DNA of 32,191 nucleotides from Candidatus Limnocylindrales bacterium (GTDB lineage Bacteria; Chloroflexota; Limnocylindria; Limnocylindrales; CSP1-4), in contig DASVIK010000095.1 of assembly GCA_036382135.1 (NCBI GenBank), positions 1 to 32,191 on the forward strand, read 5' to 3'. Positions 17,550-25,453 of this stretch are shown here, one piece after another (the stretch's first letter is position 1; the number at the start of each line of letters is the position of its first letter). The position numbers and the translations under genes were made by a program. The notes under the pieces are model-generated. The model was not told the DNA's origin and did no database searches. It was given only the letters and a program-made list of their open reading frames with translations.

Positions 17550-18464
17550 TCAGCCCTTGTCGCGCCGGTAGCTCCGGCCGGGGCGGGCCCGCTCCATTCC
17601 GACGCGCAGCAGCACGGTCGCCCACATCCGGTAGGGTCGCCAGCCGTCGGTGATCCGGTGCCAGGTCGCGGCATCGAGCGGGCTGGGGAGCCCGTAGAAC
17701 TCGCCGATCGCCTCGGCGGTCATCGCGTCGCTGGGTAGCTCGTCGACGACCCCGCAGCCGCGCAGGAGCGTCCCCTCGGCCGTGAAGTCGCCCACGCCGT
17801 GCAGGGTCTTGAGGTCGGCGAGTGCCTCGTCCTTCGGGAGCGCCCGGAGCCGTTCCGTGTCGAGCCGCCCGTCGATCGCCGCCTCGGCCAGGCCGTGGAG
17901 CCGGCGGACCTTCTCGGGCGCCAGGCCGGGTATAGCGACCACGTCGAGCAGTCGCTCCGGCCGTGGGAACGCCCGGTACGACCGGCCGTCCAGCTCGAGC
18001 TCGTCGCCGTAGCGCTCCCCGAGCGTGGCCTTGATCCGCGCTCCCTGGCGGCGGGCGATGCGTTGGCCGATGACGAACGAGGTCGCGGCTTCGTAGGCCG
18101 AGTAGAAACAGACCGGCCGAAGCCACCGATGCCCCGCCTGGAGGCCACCGATGACCGGGTCGCGTCGGCCGACTTCCGGCCAGCCGGTCCCATCGTGGTC
18201 GAGGGACACCGAACGGGCGGCCTGTCGCTGGGCGGTCCCGGAATCGGCCGTCCCGACGATGCGGCCGGAGATCGGACCGTCGTCCGCCTCCTGGCGGAGT
18301 TCGACGAGCGCACTGTCACGCCAGCCCTCGACGGGGAACGCGAGGATGAGGGAGGTTCCGGTCGCCGAACCGCCGCCGATGCCGGCCGGAAAGCCGCCGG
18401 CGAAGTCCTGGGCCGCGGCCAAACTGAAGGGACCGCTGGGCTCGATCGTGAAGGTGTCGGTCAT
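17550..18464 (-). CDS. DNA-3-methyladenine glycosylase II (AlkA-like, HhH-GPD superfamily) (304 aa)
   Basis: AlkA-type N-terminal domain plus helix-hairpin-helix [21 protein letters not shown] followed by ...VDELPSD. Confidence 0.8.
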   Translation of the reverse strand: MTDTFTIEPSGPFSLAAAQDFAGGFPAGIGGGSATGTSLILAFPVEGWRDSALVELRQEADDGPISGRIVGTADSGTAQRQAARSVSLDHDGTGWPEVGRRDPVIGGLQAGHRWLRPVCFYSAYEAATSFVIGQRIARRQGARIKATLGERYGDELELDGRSYRAFPRPERLLDVVAIPGLAPEKVRRLHGLAEAAIDGRLDTERLRALPKDEALADLKTLHGVGDFTAEGTLLRGCGVVDELPSDAMTAEAIGEFYGLPSPLDAATWHRITDGWRPYRMWATVLLRVGMERARPGRSYRRDKG

Positions 18465-18522
18465 AGGGCCAATCGTCGCACCGATGGCGCGACCCCGCCA
18501 CGCCGCGAGCGCCGGGCTCGTG

Positions 18523-18636
18523 CTCGGGAGGGGTCACCCCCGACCTTCGCTCGGGCTCGGGGAGGGGTCACCCCCGACCTTCGCTCGGGAGTCTTGCCCG
18601 GGTCACCCCCGACCTTCGCTCGGGAGTCTTGCCCGG
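18523..18636. repeat. tandem repeat, 3 copies with a 34-35 bp period, in the alkA/nifS divergent intergenic region
   Basis: The core GGTCACCCCCGACCTTCGCTCGGG is identical at 18532-18555, 18566-18589 and 18601-18624. The flank GGGAGTCTTGCCCGG is repeated at 18587-18601 and 18622-18636. Each core contains a small hairpin CCCGA-CCTTCGC-TCGGG. Confidence 0.9.
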
Positions 18637-18643
18637 TCGGCCC

Positions 18644-18649
18644 TACAAT
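18644..18649 (+). promoter_or_regulatory. putative -10 box TACAAT, 8 nt before the cysteine desulfurase ATG (leaderless signature)
   Basis: A near-consensus TACAAT in very GC-rich DNA sits 8 nt upstream of ATG 18658, with no SD. Confidence 0.45.
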
Positions 18650-18657
18650 CCGACGGT

Positions 18658-19896
18658 ATGAGCGGCCTGACCATCTATCTCGATCACGCGGCGACGACAC
18701 GGCCGCGGTCCGAGGTCCTCGACGCGATGCGCGCGGTGCAGGAGGCCGCGTGGGGCAACCCCGGTTCGCCGCACACCGCCGGTCGGTCGGCCCGCGCCGC
18801 GCTCGACGATGCCCGGGAACGCCTGGCCACCCGGCTGGGCGTCGAGCCGCGCGAGATCGTCTTCACGTCCGGCGGGACCGAGGCCGACAACCTGGCCATC
18901 AAGGGCGCCGCGTGGGCCGGCAAGGGCCGTGGCCACCGGATCGTCACGACGGCGATCGAGCATCACGCGGTCGGCCACACGGTGCGCTATCTCGAGAAGT
19001 TCGGGTTCGAGATCAACGAGGTCGGCGTCGACCGCTACGGACGCATCGATCCCGACGCTATCGAGGCCGCGATCACGGACCGGACGACCCTCGTCTCGGT
19101 CATGTACGCGAACAACGAGGTCGGCACGATCCAGCCGATCGCCGAGGTCGTCGAGCGCGTCCACCGCCACCATGGCGTGCTGCTCCACATCGACGCGGTC
19201 CAGGCCGCCCCGTGGGTCGAGCTCGACCTGGGGGCGCTCGGGGCCGACCTGGTGAGCCTGGCTGCCCACAAGTTCGAAGGCCCGCGCGGCGTCGGGGCCC
19301 TCTACATCCGGCACGGGACGCACATCCTCTCGCAGCAGCACGGCGGCAGCCAGGAGCGGCACCGGCGCGCCGGCACGGAAGACGTGGCAGGGGCCGTGGG
19401 GATGGCGACCGCCTACGAGCTCGTGCGGGACGAGCTGCGGGCCACGGTCGGCCGAGTCCGCCGGCTCCGGGAGCGCCTGGCGTCGGCCGTCCTCGCGACG
19501 CCGGGCACCGAGCTGACGGGTCACCCGGTGGAGCGCCTGCCGGGGCTCCTGTCGATCATCGCCCGAGGGACGGACGGGAACTCCGTCGTCCTGGCGCTCG
19601 ACCTGGCCGGGGTCGCGGCGGCCGTGGGATCGGCGTGCACCTCCGGTTCGACCGAGGTGAGTCACGTCCTCACCGCGATGGGGTATCCGGAGGACGAGGC
19701 CCGTGGGGCGCTCCGGCTATCGCTCGGTCGCTCGACGACCCAGGCCGATGTGGACGCCGCGGCCGCCATCGTCCCCGAGGTCATCGCGCACCAGCGCGAG
19801 GGCGCAGAGGCGGGCAGCGGGACCGGGGCGGGCTCGCCGTCCGTCGGTCCGGGCGTCGGGGCGGGGGCAACGGCCGTGGCCGGGGCGGGCGGGTGA
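18658..19896 (+). CDS. cysteine desulfurase, NifS/IscS/YrvO-type class V aminotransferase (412 aa)
   Basis: Motifs [26 protein letters not shown]-lysine context [17 protein letters not shown] and catalytic cysteine loop GSACTSGS. C-terminal G/A-rich tail. Stop overlaps the mnmA start (GTGA). Confidence 0.9.
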   Translation: MSGLTIYLDHAATTRPRSEVLDAMRAVQEAAWGNPGSPHTAGRSARAALDDARERLATRLGVEPREIVFTSGGTEADNLAIKGAAWAGKGRGHRIVTTAIEHHAVGHTVRYLEKFGFEINEVGVDRYGRIDPDAIEAAITDRTTLVSVMYANNEVGTIQPIAEVVERVHRHHGVLLHIDAVQAAPWVELDLGALGADLVSLAAHKFEGPRGVGALYIRHGTHILSQQHGGSQERHRRAGTEDVAGAVGMATAYELVRDELRATVGRVRRLRERLASAVLATPGTELTGHPVERLPGLLSIIARGTDGNSVVLALDLAGVAAAVGSACTSGSTEVSHVLTAMGYPEDEARGALRLSLGRSTTQADVDAAAAIVPEVIAHQREGAEAGSGTGAGSPSVGPGVGAGATAVAGAGG

Positions 19897-21014
19897 GCCG
19901 CGTCCTTGTCGCGATGTCGGGCGGGGTGGACAGTTCGGTCGCCGCGGCACTCGTCCGCGACGCGGGGCACGAGGCGATCGGCGTCTGGATGCGCCTGCAC
20001 GACGTGGCCGACAGCTACTCGGAGTTCAAGCGGAGCTGCTGCAGCCTCGACGCGGCGGACGACGCGCGGCGGGTCGCGGCTCGCCTCGGGATCCCGTTCT
20101 ACGTGCTCAACCTCGAGCGTGAGTTCGACGCGGGCGTGCTCCAGCCGTTCCTCGCCGCGTACCTCGACGGTCGCACGCCGAGCCCCTGCGTCGACTGCAA
20201 CACGTACGTGAAGTTCGGTGCCCTGCTCGGCCGGGCGCGCCACCTGTACGAGTGCGAGGCCGTGGCTACCGGCCACTACGCCCGCCGGGACGACGGCGGG
20301 CCGGATGGCGAGGCGCGGCTGCTCACGGCCGTCGACGGCGCGAAGGACCAGACGTACTTCCTCTATGGGCTGCGCCAGGATCAGCTCGCCCACGCCCGGT
20401 TCCCGCTCGGCGAGCTGACCAAGCCGGAGGTCCGATCGATCGCCCGGGACCTGGGCCTCGCCACGGCCGACAAGCCCGAGAGCCAGGAGATCTGCTTCGT
20501 GCCCGGCGGCGACTACCGCGCGGCCCTCCGGGAGCGCGGCGGCTGGCAGCCCGAGCCCGGGCCGCTGGTCGATGCGGATGGGACCGAGGTCGGGGTCCAC
20601 GCCGGCATCGCGGCATACACGGTGGGTCAGCGGCAGGGGCTGGGCGTGGCACTCGGCGAGCCCCGCTACGTGAGTCGGATCGAGCCGCTGACGAACACGA
20701 TCACGCTGGCGAAGCGCCGGGACCTCGAGACGCACACCTTCGCCATCGAGGACGGGACATTCGTCGCCGGGACGGCGCCCACGCCGAGTGCGAACGGTCC
20801 GATGGAGGACGCCTTCCGGGCCACGGTCCGCATCCGCCACCGCGGTGTGCCCGTGCCGGCCACAGTTCGTCGTGCGTCACCGGGCGAACCGGACCGCGGC
20901 GGGCGCTGGCTCGTCGAGACCGACGATCCCGTCTGGGCGGCTGCGCCCGGCCAGGCGGCCGTGCTGTACGACGGGCCGGTGGTCCTCGGCGGCGGTCGCA
21001 TCGCGCGGGCCTGA
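19893..21014 (+). CDS. mnmA: tRNA 2-thiouridine(34) synthase MnmA (373 aa)
   Basis: PP-loop [64 protein letters not shown] and KDQTYFL. Confidence 0.95.
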   Translation: MSRVLVAMSGGVDSSVAAALVRDAGHEAIGVWMRLHDVADSYSEFKRSCCSLDAADDARRVAARLGIPFYVLNLEREFDAGVLQPFLAAYLDGRTPSPCVDCNTYVKFGALLGRARHLYECEAVATGHYARRDDGGPDGEARLLTAVDGAKDQTYFLYGLRQDQLAHARFPLGELTKPEVRSIARDLGLATADKPESQEICFVPGGDYRAALRERGGWQPEPGPLVDADGTEVGVHAGIAAYTVGQRQGLGVALGEPRYVSRIEPLTNTITLAKRRDLETHTFAIEDGTFVAGTAPTPSANGPMEDAFRATVRIRHRGVPVPATVRRASPGEPDRGGRWLVETDDPVWAAAPGQAAVLYDGPVVLGGGRIARA

Positions 21015-21018
21015 GCCC

Positions 21019-21774
21019 GTGGACTGGCGATCGCGAGGTGTGGGTCTGCGGGTCGGCGGCCATCGGGGGGCCGGTGCCCTGGCGCCCGAGAACACGGTCG
21101 CCGCGCTCGAGACGGCCGCCGGCCTCGGCGTCGACTACGTCGAGCTCGACGTTGCCCTGACCGCCGACGGGGTCCTCATCCTCATGCACGACGCGGACCT
21201 CGACCGGACCACGGACGGGCACGGACGCGTAGCGGAACGGACCCTCGCCGAGCTCGAGGACCTCGATGCCGCAGTGGGTTTCTGGGGCCGGTTCGGGCGG
21301 CTCGGCGTGCCCAGCCTCGACGAGGTCCTTGCCTGGTTCGCGGTCCATCCGGCCGTCGGGGCGACCCTCGAGGCGAAGGCCCGGGGCACGGGCGGCCCGC
21401 TCGCTCGGGCGATCGCCGCGAGCCCGGTTCGAGACGGCCTTGCCATCTGCTCCTTCGAGCTCGACGAGCTGCGGGCGGCCCACGCCGGCGACCCGAGCGT
21501 CGCGCGGATGCTCATCGTCGATCGTGACCTGGCGGACGCCGACGCGACACCGGACGAGCTCATCGGTCGGGGCCTCGCCGCGGGCGTGGACGCGATCAAC
21601 GTCGCGCCCGGCTGGGCAACGCCGGCGCTCGTCTCCGCGGCGCACGCCGCGGGCCTGGCGGTGAGCGCCGGGACCGTCAACGACGCGGCCGGTATCCGGC
21701 GACTCGTCCGCCTGGGCGTCGACTACGTGGATTCGGACCGGCCGGACGTGACGGTTCCCGCCCTGCGCGGCTGA
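21019..21774 (+). CDS. glycerophosphodiester phosphodiesterase family protein (about 251 aa; alternative start GTG 21040)
   Basis: Motifs GGHRGAGALAPENTVAA, YVELDVALTADGVLILMHDADLDRTTDG and PSLDEVL. The start is not resolved between the two in-frame GTGs. Confidence 0.8.
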   Translation: MDWRSRGVGLRVGGHRGAGALAPENTVAALETAAGLGVDYVELDVALTADGVLILMHDADLDRTTDGHGRVAERTLAELEDLDAAVGFWGRFGRLGVPSLDEVLAWFAVHPAVGATLEAKARGTGGPLARAIAASPVRDGLAICSFELDELRAAHAGDPSVARMLIVDRDLADADATPDELIGRGLAAGVDAINVAPGWATPALVSAAHAAGLAVSAGTVNDAAGIRRLVRLGVDYVDSDRPDVTVPALRG

Positions 21775-21810
21775 CCGGCCCGACCGGGCGTGGCAAGTCA
21801 TCGGCGGGCC

Positions 21811-21824
21811 CATTTGGCCAAATG
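21811..21824. promoter_or_regulatory. 14-bp perfect AT-rich palindrome CATTTGGCCAAATG (candidate operator)
   Basis: Perfect dyad symmetry, read directly. It lies in a 334-nt non-coding spacer (21775-22108) in otherwise very GC-rich DNA. Confidence 0.35.
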
Positions 21825-22094
21825 CACGCGCAGGAGACCTCGGGCCGCGTTGCAGGCGGCTTTCGGCGTCGGATTCGGGCCTCGCGGGCCTATCCGTCCC
21901 ATGGCTGAGCACGCATCGCCGACGCCGGGTCCGCGCCGAGCCACCTCACGGCGACCGGAGGCGGCCCCAGGTCCTGGGAGCGTGCATCTGGCCACATTCC
22001 CTGGCGTCCACCCGCTGTCGTGGCCAGCGTTGCGCCCCGAGCCGCCGGAGGCGCCAGGCCGAACCGGCCGTCGGGCCGGACAAGCGCCCGCGCC

Positions 22095-22100
22095 TATACT
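22095..22100 (+). promoter_or_regulatory. putative -10 box TATACT, 8 nt before ATG 22109 (leaderless signature)
   Basis: A TANNNT hexamer sits 8 nt upstream of the start, with no SD. Confidence 0.4.
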
Positions 22101-22108
22101 CCGGCGAG

Positions 22109-22399
22109 ATGGCGATCGGACCGGCCCCGCTCCTCGCCGCCCTCGTCGGGACGTTCTGCACCGCGCTCTTCATCTTCCTCCGCGGATCGGCCGGCGGTCG
22201 CGCGGTGGTTCTGCTCCTGGCGGCCATCCTCGGCGCATGGGCGGGCGATGCGGTGGGCGCCCGGCTCGGGATCGACCTGCTTCGTATCGGGGACTTCCGG
22301 CCAGTGACGGCGGTCCTCGTCGCCTGGGCCGGTCTCGGCATCGTGTCGGTCATCGCGATCCTGGGTCCTTCCCGGCGCGGGACCTCAGAGCGGAGGTGA
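22109..22399 (+). CDS. small hydrophobic membrane protein (96 aa, about 3 TM helices), no family recognised
   Basis: Third codon positions are almost all G/C, matching the neighbouring real genes. Three hydrophobic stretches: PLLAALVGTFCTALFIFL, VVLLLAAILGAWAG and VTAVLVAWAGLGIVSVIAIL. Confidence 0.5.
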   Translation: MAIGPAPLLAALVGTFCTALFIFLRGSAGGRAVVLLLAAILGAWAGDAVGARLGIDLLRIGDFRPVTAVLVAWAGLGIVSVIAILGPSRRGTSERR

Positions 22400-22403
22400 C
22401 ATC

Positions 22404-22625
22404 GTGAAACGTGGCGATCCCGATGAGCGAGCCGCGCGGGCGCAGGGCGCAGAAGCCGCCTCGGATGCCGACGCGGACCCGCGGGTGGCCTCGTTCCTGC
22501 GCGGCGTGACGATCGGTGCCCTGGTCGGGGCCGCGATCGCCGGATCGGCGCTCTGGGAGCGGGCCGCGCGCCGCCGGGCGGCCGAGGCCGCGACGACCGA
22601 CGGCGAGGACGCGCCGCCCTCCTGA
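22404..22625 (+). CDS. small single-TM protein (73 aa), possibly YtxH-like
   Basis: Strong SD GGAGGTGA lies 5 nt upstream of GTG 22404. One glycine-zipper-like helix FLRGVTIGALVGAAIAGSALW is flanked by charged tails. The family guess is weak. Confidence 0.5.
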   Translation: MKRGDPDERAARAQGAEAASDADADPRVASFLRGVTIGALVGAAIAGSALWERAARRRAAEAATTDGEDAPPS

Positions 22626-22677
22626 GAGCCGCGCGCGGCGATCCCGGCACAAGGGGCGGTACGGCCGTTCGGTTTGG

Positions 22678-22683
22678 TACCGT
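22678..22683 (+). promoter_or_regulatory. putative extended -10 (TGgTACCGT), 7 nt before the alaS ATG
   Basis: TANNNT hexamer TACCGT with TG at the extended -10 position and 7 nt to ATG 22691, no SD. Weak match. Confidence 0.25.
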
Positions 22684-22690
22684 ACTCACG

Positions 22691-25453
22691 ATGCCGACCG
22701 CCGAAACCGCACGCGATCCACGGATCGTCAGCTTGCCCGCGTCCGAGATCCGCCGGCGGTTCGTGGAGTTCTTCGCCGAGCGCGGGCACGCCATCGTCCC
22801 CTCGGCGAGCCTGGTACCGGCCGGCGACCAGACCCTGCTCTTCACGAACAGCGGGATGGTCCAGTTCAAGGAGGTCCTGACGGGGGCCGAGACGCGGAGC
22901 TACAAGCGGGCGGTCGACTACCAGCGGGTCCTGCGCGTGGCGGGCAAGCACAACGACTTCGAGGAAGTCGGCCGGACGACCCGCCATAACACGTTCTTCG
23001 AGATGCTCGGCAACTGGAGCTTCGGCGACTACTTCAAGCGCGAGGCCATCCAGTGGGCCTGGGATTTCCTGACCCGCGACCTCGCCATCCCGCCCGAGCG
23101 GCTCGCGGCGACGACCTACAAGGACGACGAGGTCGCCCGGGCGGTGTGGCGGGATGAGATCGGCCTGCCGCCGGAGCGAATGGCGATCTGGGGCGATGTC
23201 GACGCCGGCGACGACAACAACTTCTGGCGGATGGCGGACACGGGCCCGTGCGGGCCGTGCAGCGAGATCCATTTCGATCGAGGCGCACATCTGTCCGAAG
23301 GTCCGCATTGCGTGCCCGATCACTCCGAGAACTGCCCGCGCTGGCTCGAGATCTGGAACCTCGTGTTCATGGAGTACGACCAGCGGCCGGACGGTCGCGT
23401 GCCGCTTCCCTTCCAGAGCATCGACACCGGGATGAGCCTCGAGCGCCTGGCGAGCGTCCTCCAGCAGGTCCCGAGCAACTTCGACACGGACCTGTTCACG
23501 CCGATCCACGCCCGCATGCGGGAGCTCCTCGGCCATGACCCCGGCGCGTTCGAGGCGGAGCGGTTCAGCTACCAGGTCATCGCCGACCACGCCCGGGCGA
23601 TCACGTTCCTCATCGCCGACGGCGTGGTCCCCTCGAATGAGGGTCGCGGTTACGTCCTGCGCCGGATCGTCCGGCGTGCCGTCCGGCACGGACGCCTGCT
23701 CGGCCGTCGGGAGCCGTTCCTGGCGACGTTGGCCACCGTCGTCGTCGAGATCATGGGCGAGGCGTACCCGCTCCTCGTCGAGCGCGAGGCGGAGATCCTC
23801 GCCGTGATCGGGCGCGAGGAGGCCCAGTTCGCCCGGACCCTCGATTCCGGCACCGGACACCTCGAGGCGGCCCTGACGGGCCTGGCCACCACCGAGCGCA
23901 CGATCGGCCGGCGGGTCGACGCCCTGCCGGACGACGCTCCGGTGGTGCCCGGCGACATCGCGTTCCGGCTCCACGACACGTACGGCTTCCCGATCGATCT
24001 CACGATCGAGCTCGCGGCCGAGTACGGCGTGCGCGTCGACCGCGACGGGTTCGAAACGGCGATGGCTCACCAGCGCGAGCAGAGCAAATCCGGCAAGAAG
24101 GCCGAGCTGTCGAAGCACGCCGAGCTGACCTCGCTGTACGAGTCGATCCTGCGGCGCGTGGGCGACGTCCGGTTCCTCGGCTATGAGACAACGACGGCCG
24201 ACGGTCGCGTCGTCGCGATCCTCCGGGAGGGCACCGAGTACCAGGAGCTCACCGGCAACGCCGAGGTGGAGGTCGTCCTCGACGCGACGCCGTTCTACGC
24301 GGAGGGCGGCGGCCAGGTCGCCGACACAGGCGAGCTGCGCGAGGCGGGCGGGGGATCCGTGCTCGTGACCGTCGAGGACGTCCAGCGCCCCGTCGGTGCC
24401 CAGGGTGCCGGGCTCGTGGTCCATCGCGGCCGGCTCCACGGCCGGCTGCGGGTCGGCGAGACCGTGAGCACCGTCGTTGACGTGGAGCGGCGGGCCCGGA
24501 CGATGCGCAACCACACGGGCACCCACCTGCTCCATCGAGCCCTGCGCAACGTCGTGGGGGAGCGGGCGCGGCAGGCGGGCTCGCTCGTCACGCCCGACTA
24601 CCTGCGCTTCGACTTCCCGCTCGAGCGCGCCGTCACCTCCGACGAATTGCGGGCCATCGAGACGGAGGTCCGGCGCATCATCCGCGACGCGCGGACCGTC
24701 ACGCCGAGCGTGATGACGATGGAGGAGGCCGTCGCGGCCGGCGCCGATGCGTTCTTCGACGAGAAGTACGGCGAGCGCGTGCGCACCGTACGGGTCGAGG
24801 GCTACAGCCACGAGCTCTGCGGCGGCACTCATTGCTCCAACTCGGGCCAGATCGGGAGCTTCGTCATCACCGGCGAGCGGAGCATCGGCACCGGACAGCG
24901 TCGCATCGAGGCCCTCACCGGCGACGGGGCAGACGCCTGGCTCGCGACCCGCATGGAGACGCTGGAGCGGGCCGCCGAGGCGGTCGGCGCGCAGTCCGTC
25001 GAGGCGGTCCCCGAACGGATCGCCACACTCCAGGGCGAGCTGCGCGAGGCGAAGCGCCTCCTGAAAGCCGGCGGAGGGGGCGGCATCCCGCGCCCGGCCG
25101 AGCTGGCGGCGCTGGCCGTCGAGGCCGTGGCCGGGGTGCGCCTCGTCGCCTTCGCCGGCGCGTTCGCCTCGATCGATGCAGTCAAGGCCGCGGCGAAGGA
25201 CCTGCGAGGCGTCTTCCCGTCGGGTGTCATCGCGCTGGCGCTCGACGGCGACGAGCCGCAGCTCTTCGTGTCGGTCAGCGACGATCTCGTCGGCCGGGGC
25301 ATCGCCGCCGGCAAGCTCGTCCAGGCGGCTATCGCGGCGATCGACGGTCGAGGTGGCGGCAGTGCCGCGATGGCCCAGGGCAAGGGCACCAGACGCGACG
25401 GCGTCGCGGCCGCGCTGGCCTCGATCCGCGCCGCCCTCGAGGCCTCCGGCTAG
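22691..25453 (+). CDS. alaS: alanine--tRNA ligase (920 aa)
   Basis: Motifs FFAERGHAIVPSASLVP, LLFTNSGMVQFK, RHNTFFEMLGNWSFGDYFK and CGPCSEIHFD, editing-domain HTGTHLLH and CGGTHC, and a C-terminal DHHA1-type domain. Confidence 0.95.
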   Translation: MPTAETARDPRIVSLPASEIRRRFVEFFAERGHAIVPSASLVPAGDQTLLFTNSGMVQFKEVLTGAETRSYKRAVDYQRVLRVAGKHNDFEEVGRTTRHNTFFEMLGNWSFGDYFKREAIQWAWDFLTRDLAIPPERLAATTYKDDEVARAVWRDEIGLPPERMAIWGDVDAGDDNNFWRMADTGPCGPCSEIHFDRGAHLSEGPHCVPDHSENCPRWLEIWNLVFMEYDQRPDGRVPLPFQSIDTGMSLERLASVLQQVPSNFDTDLFTPIHARMRELLGHDPGAFEAERFSYQVIADHARAITFLIADGVVPSNEGRGYVLRRIVRRAVRHGRLLGRREPFLATLATVVVEIMGEAYPLLVEREAEILAVIGREEAQFARTLDSGTGHLEAALTGLATTERTIGRRVDALPDDAPVVPGDIAFRLHDTYGFPIDLTIELAAEYGVRVDRDGFETAMAHQREQSKSGKKAELSKHAELTSLYESILRRVGDVRFLGYETTTADGRVVAILREGTEYQELTGNAEVEVVLDATPFYAEGGGQVADTGELREAGGGSVLVTVEDVQRPVGAQGAGLVVHRGRLHGRLRVGETVSTVVDVERRARTMRNHTGTHLLHRALRNVVGERARQAGSLVTPDYLRFDFPLERAVTSDELRAIETEVRRIIRDARTVTPSVMTMEEAVAAGADAFFDEKYGERVRTVRVEGYSHELCGGTHCSNSGQIGSFVITGERSIGTGQRRIEALTGDGADAWLATRMETLERAAEAVGAQSVEAVPERIATLQGELREAKRLLKAGGGGGIPRPAELAALAVEAVAGVRLVAFAGAFASIDAVKAAAKDLRGVFPSGVIALALDGDEPQLFVSVSDDLVGRGIAAGKLVQAAIAAIDGRGGGSAAMAQGKGTRRDGVAAALASIRAALEASG

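Noticed and set aside
18523-18636. A possible CRISPR array formed by the tandem repeats.
   Set aside because: There are only three copies. The intervening sequences are only 10-11 nt and are partly repeated themselves. There are no cas genes in the window. The period of 34-35 bp is far below repeat-plus-spacer length.
21790-22407. A 205-aa plus-strand ORF across the 334-nt spacer and the small membrane gene.
   Set aside because: It is an Arg/Pro/Gly-rich translation. It is out of frame with the better-supported hydrophobic ORF 22109-22399, which has a proper -10/start arrangement and G/C-rich third positions.
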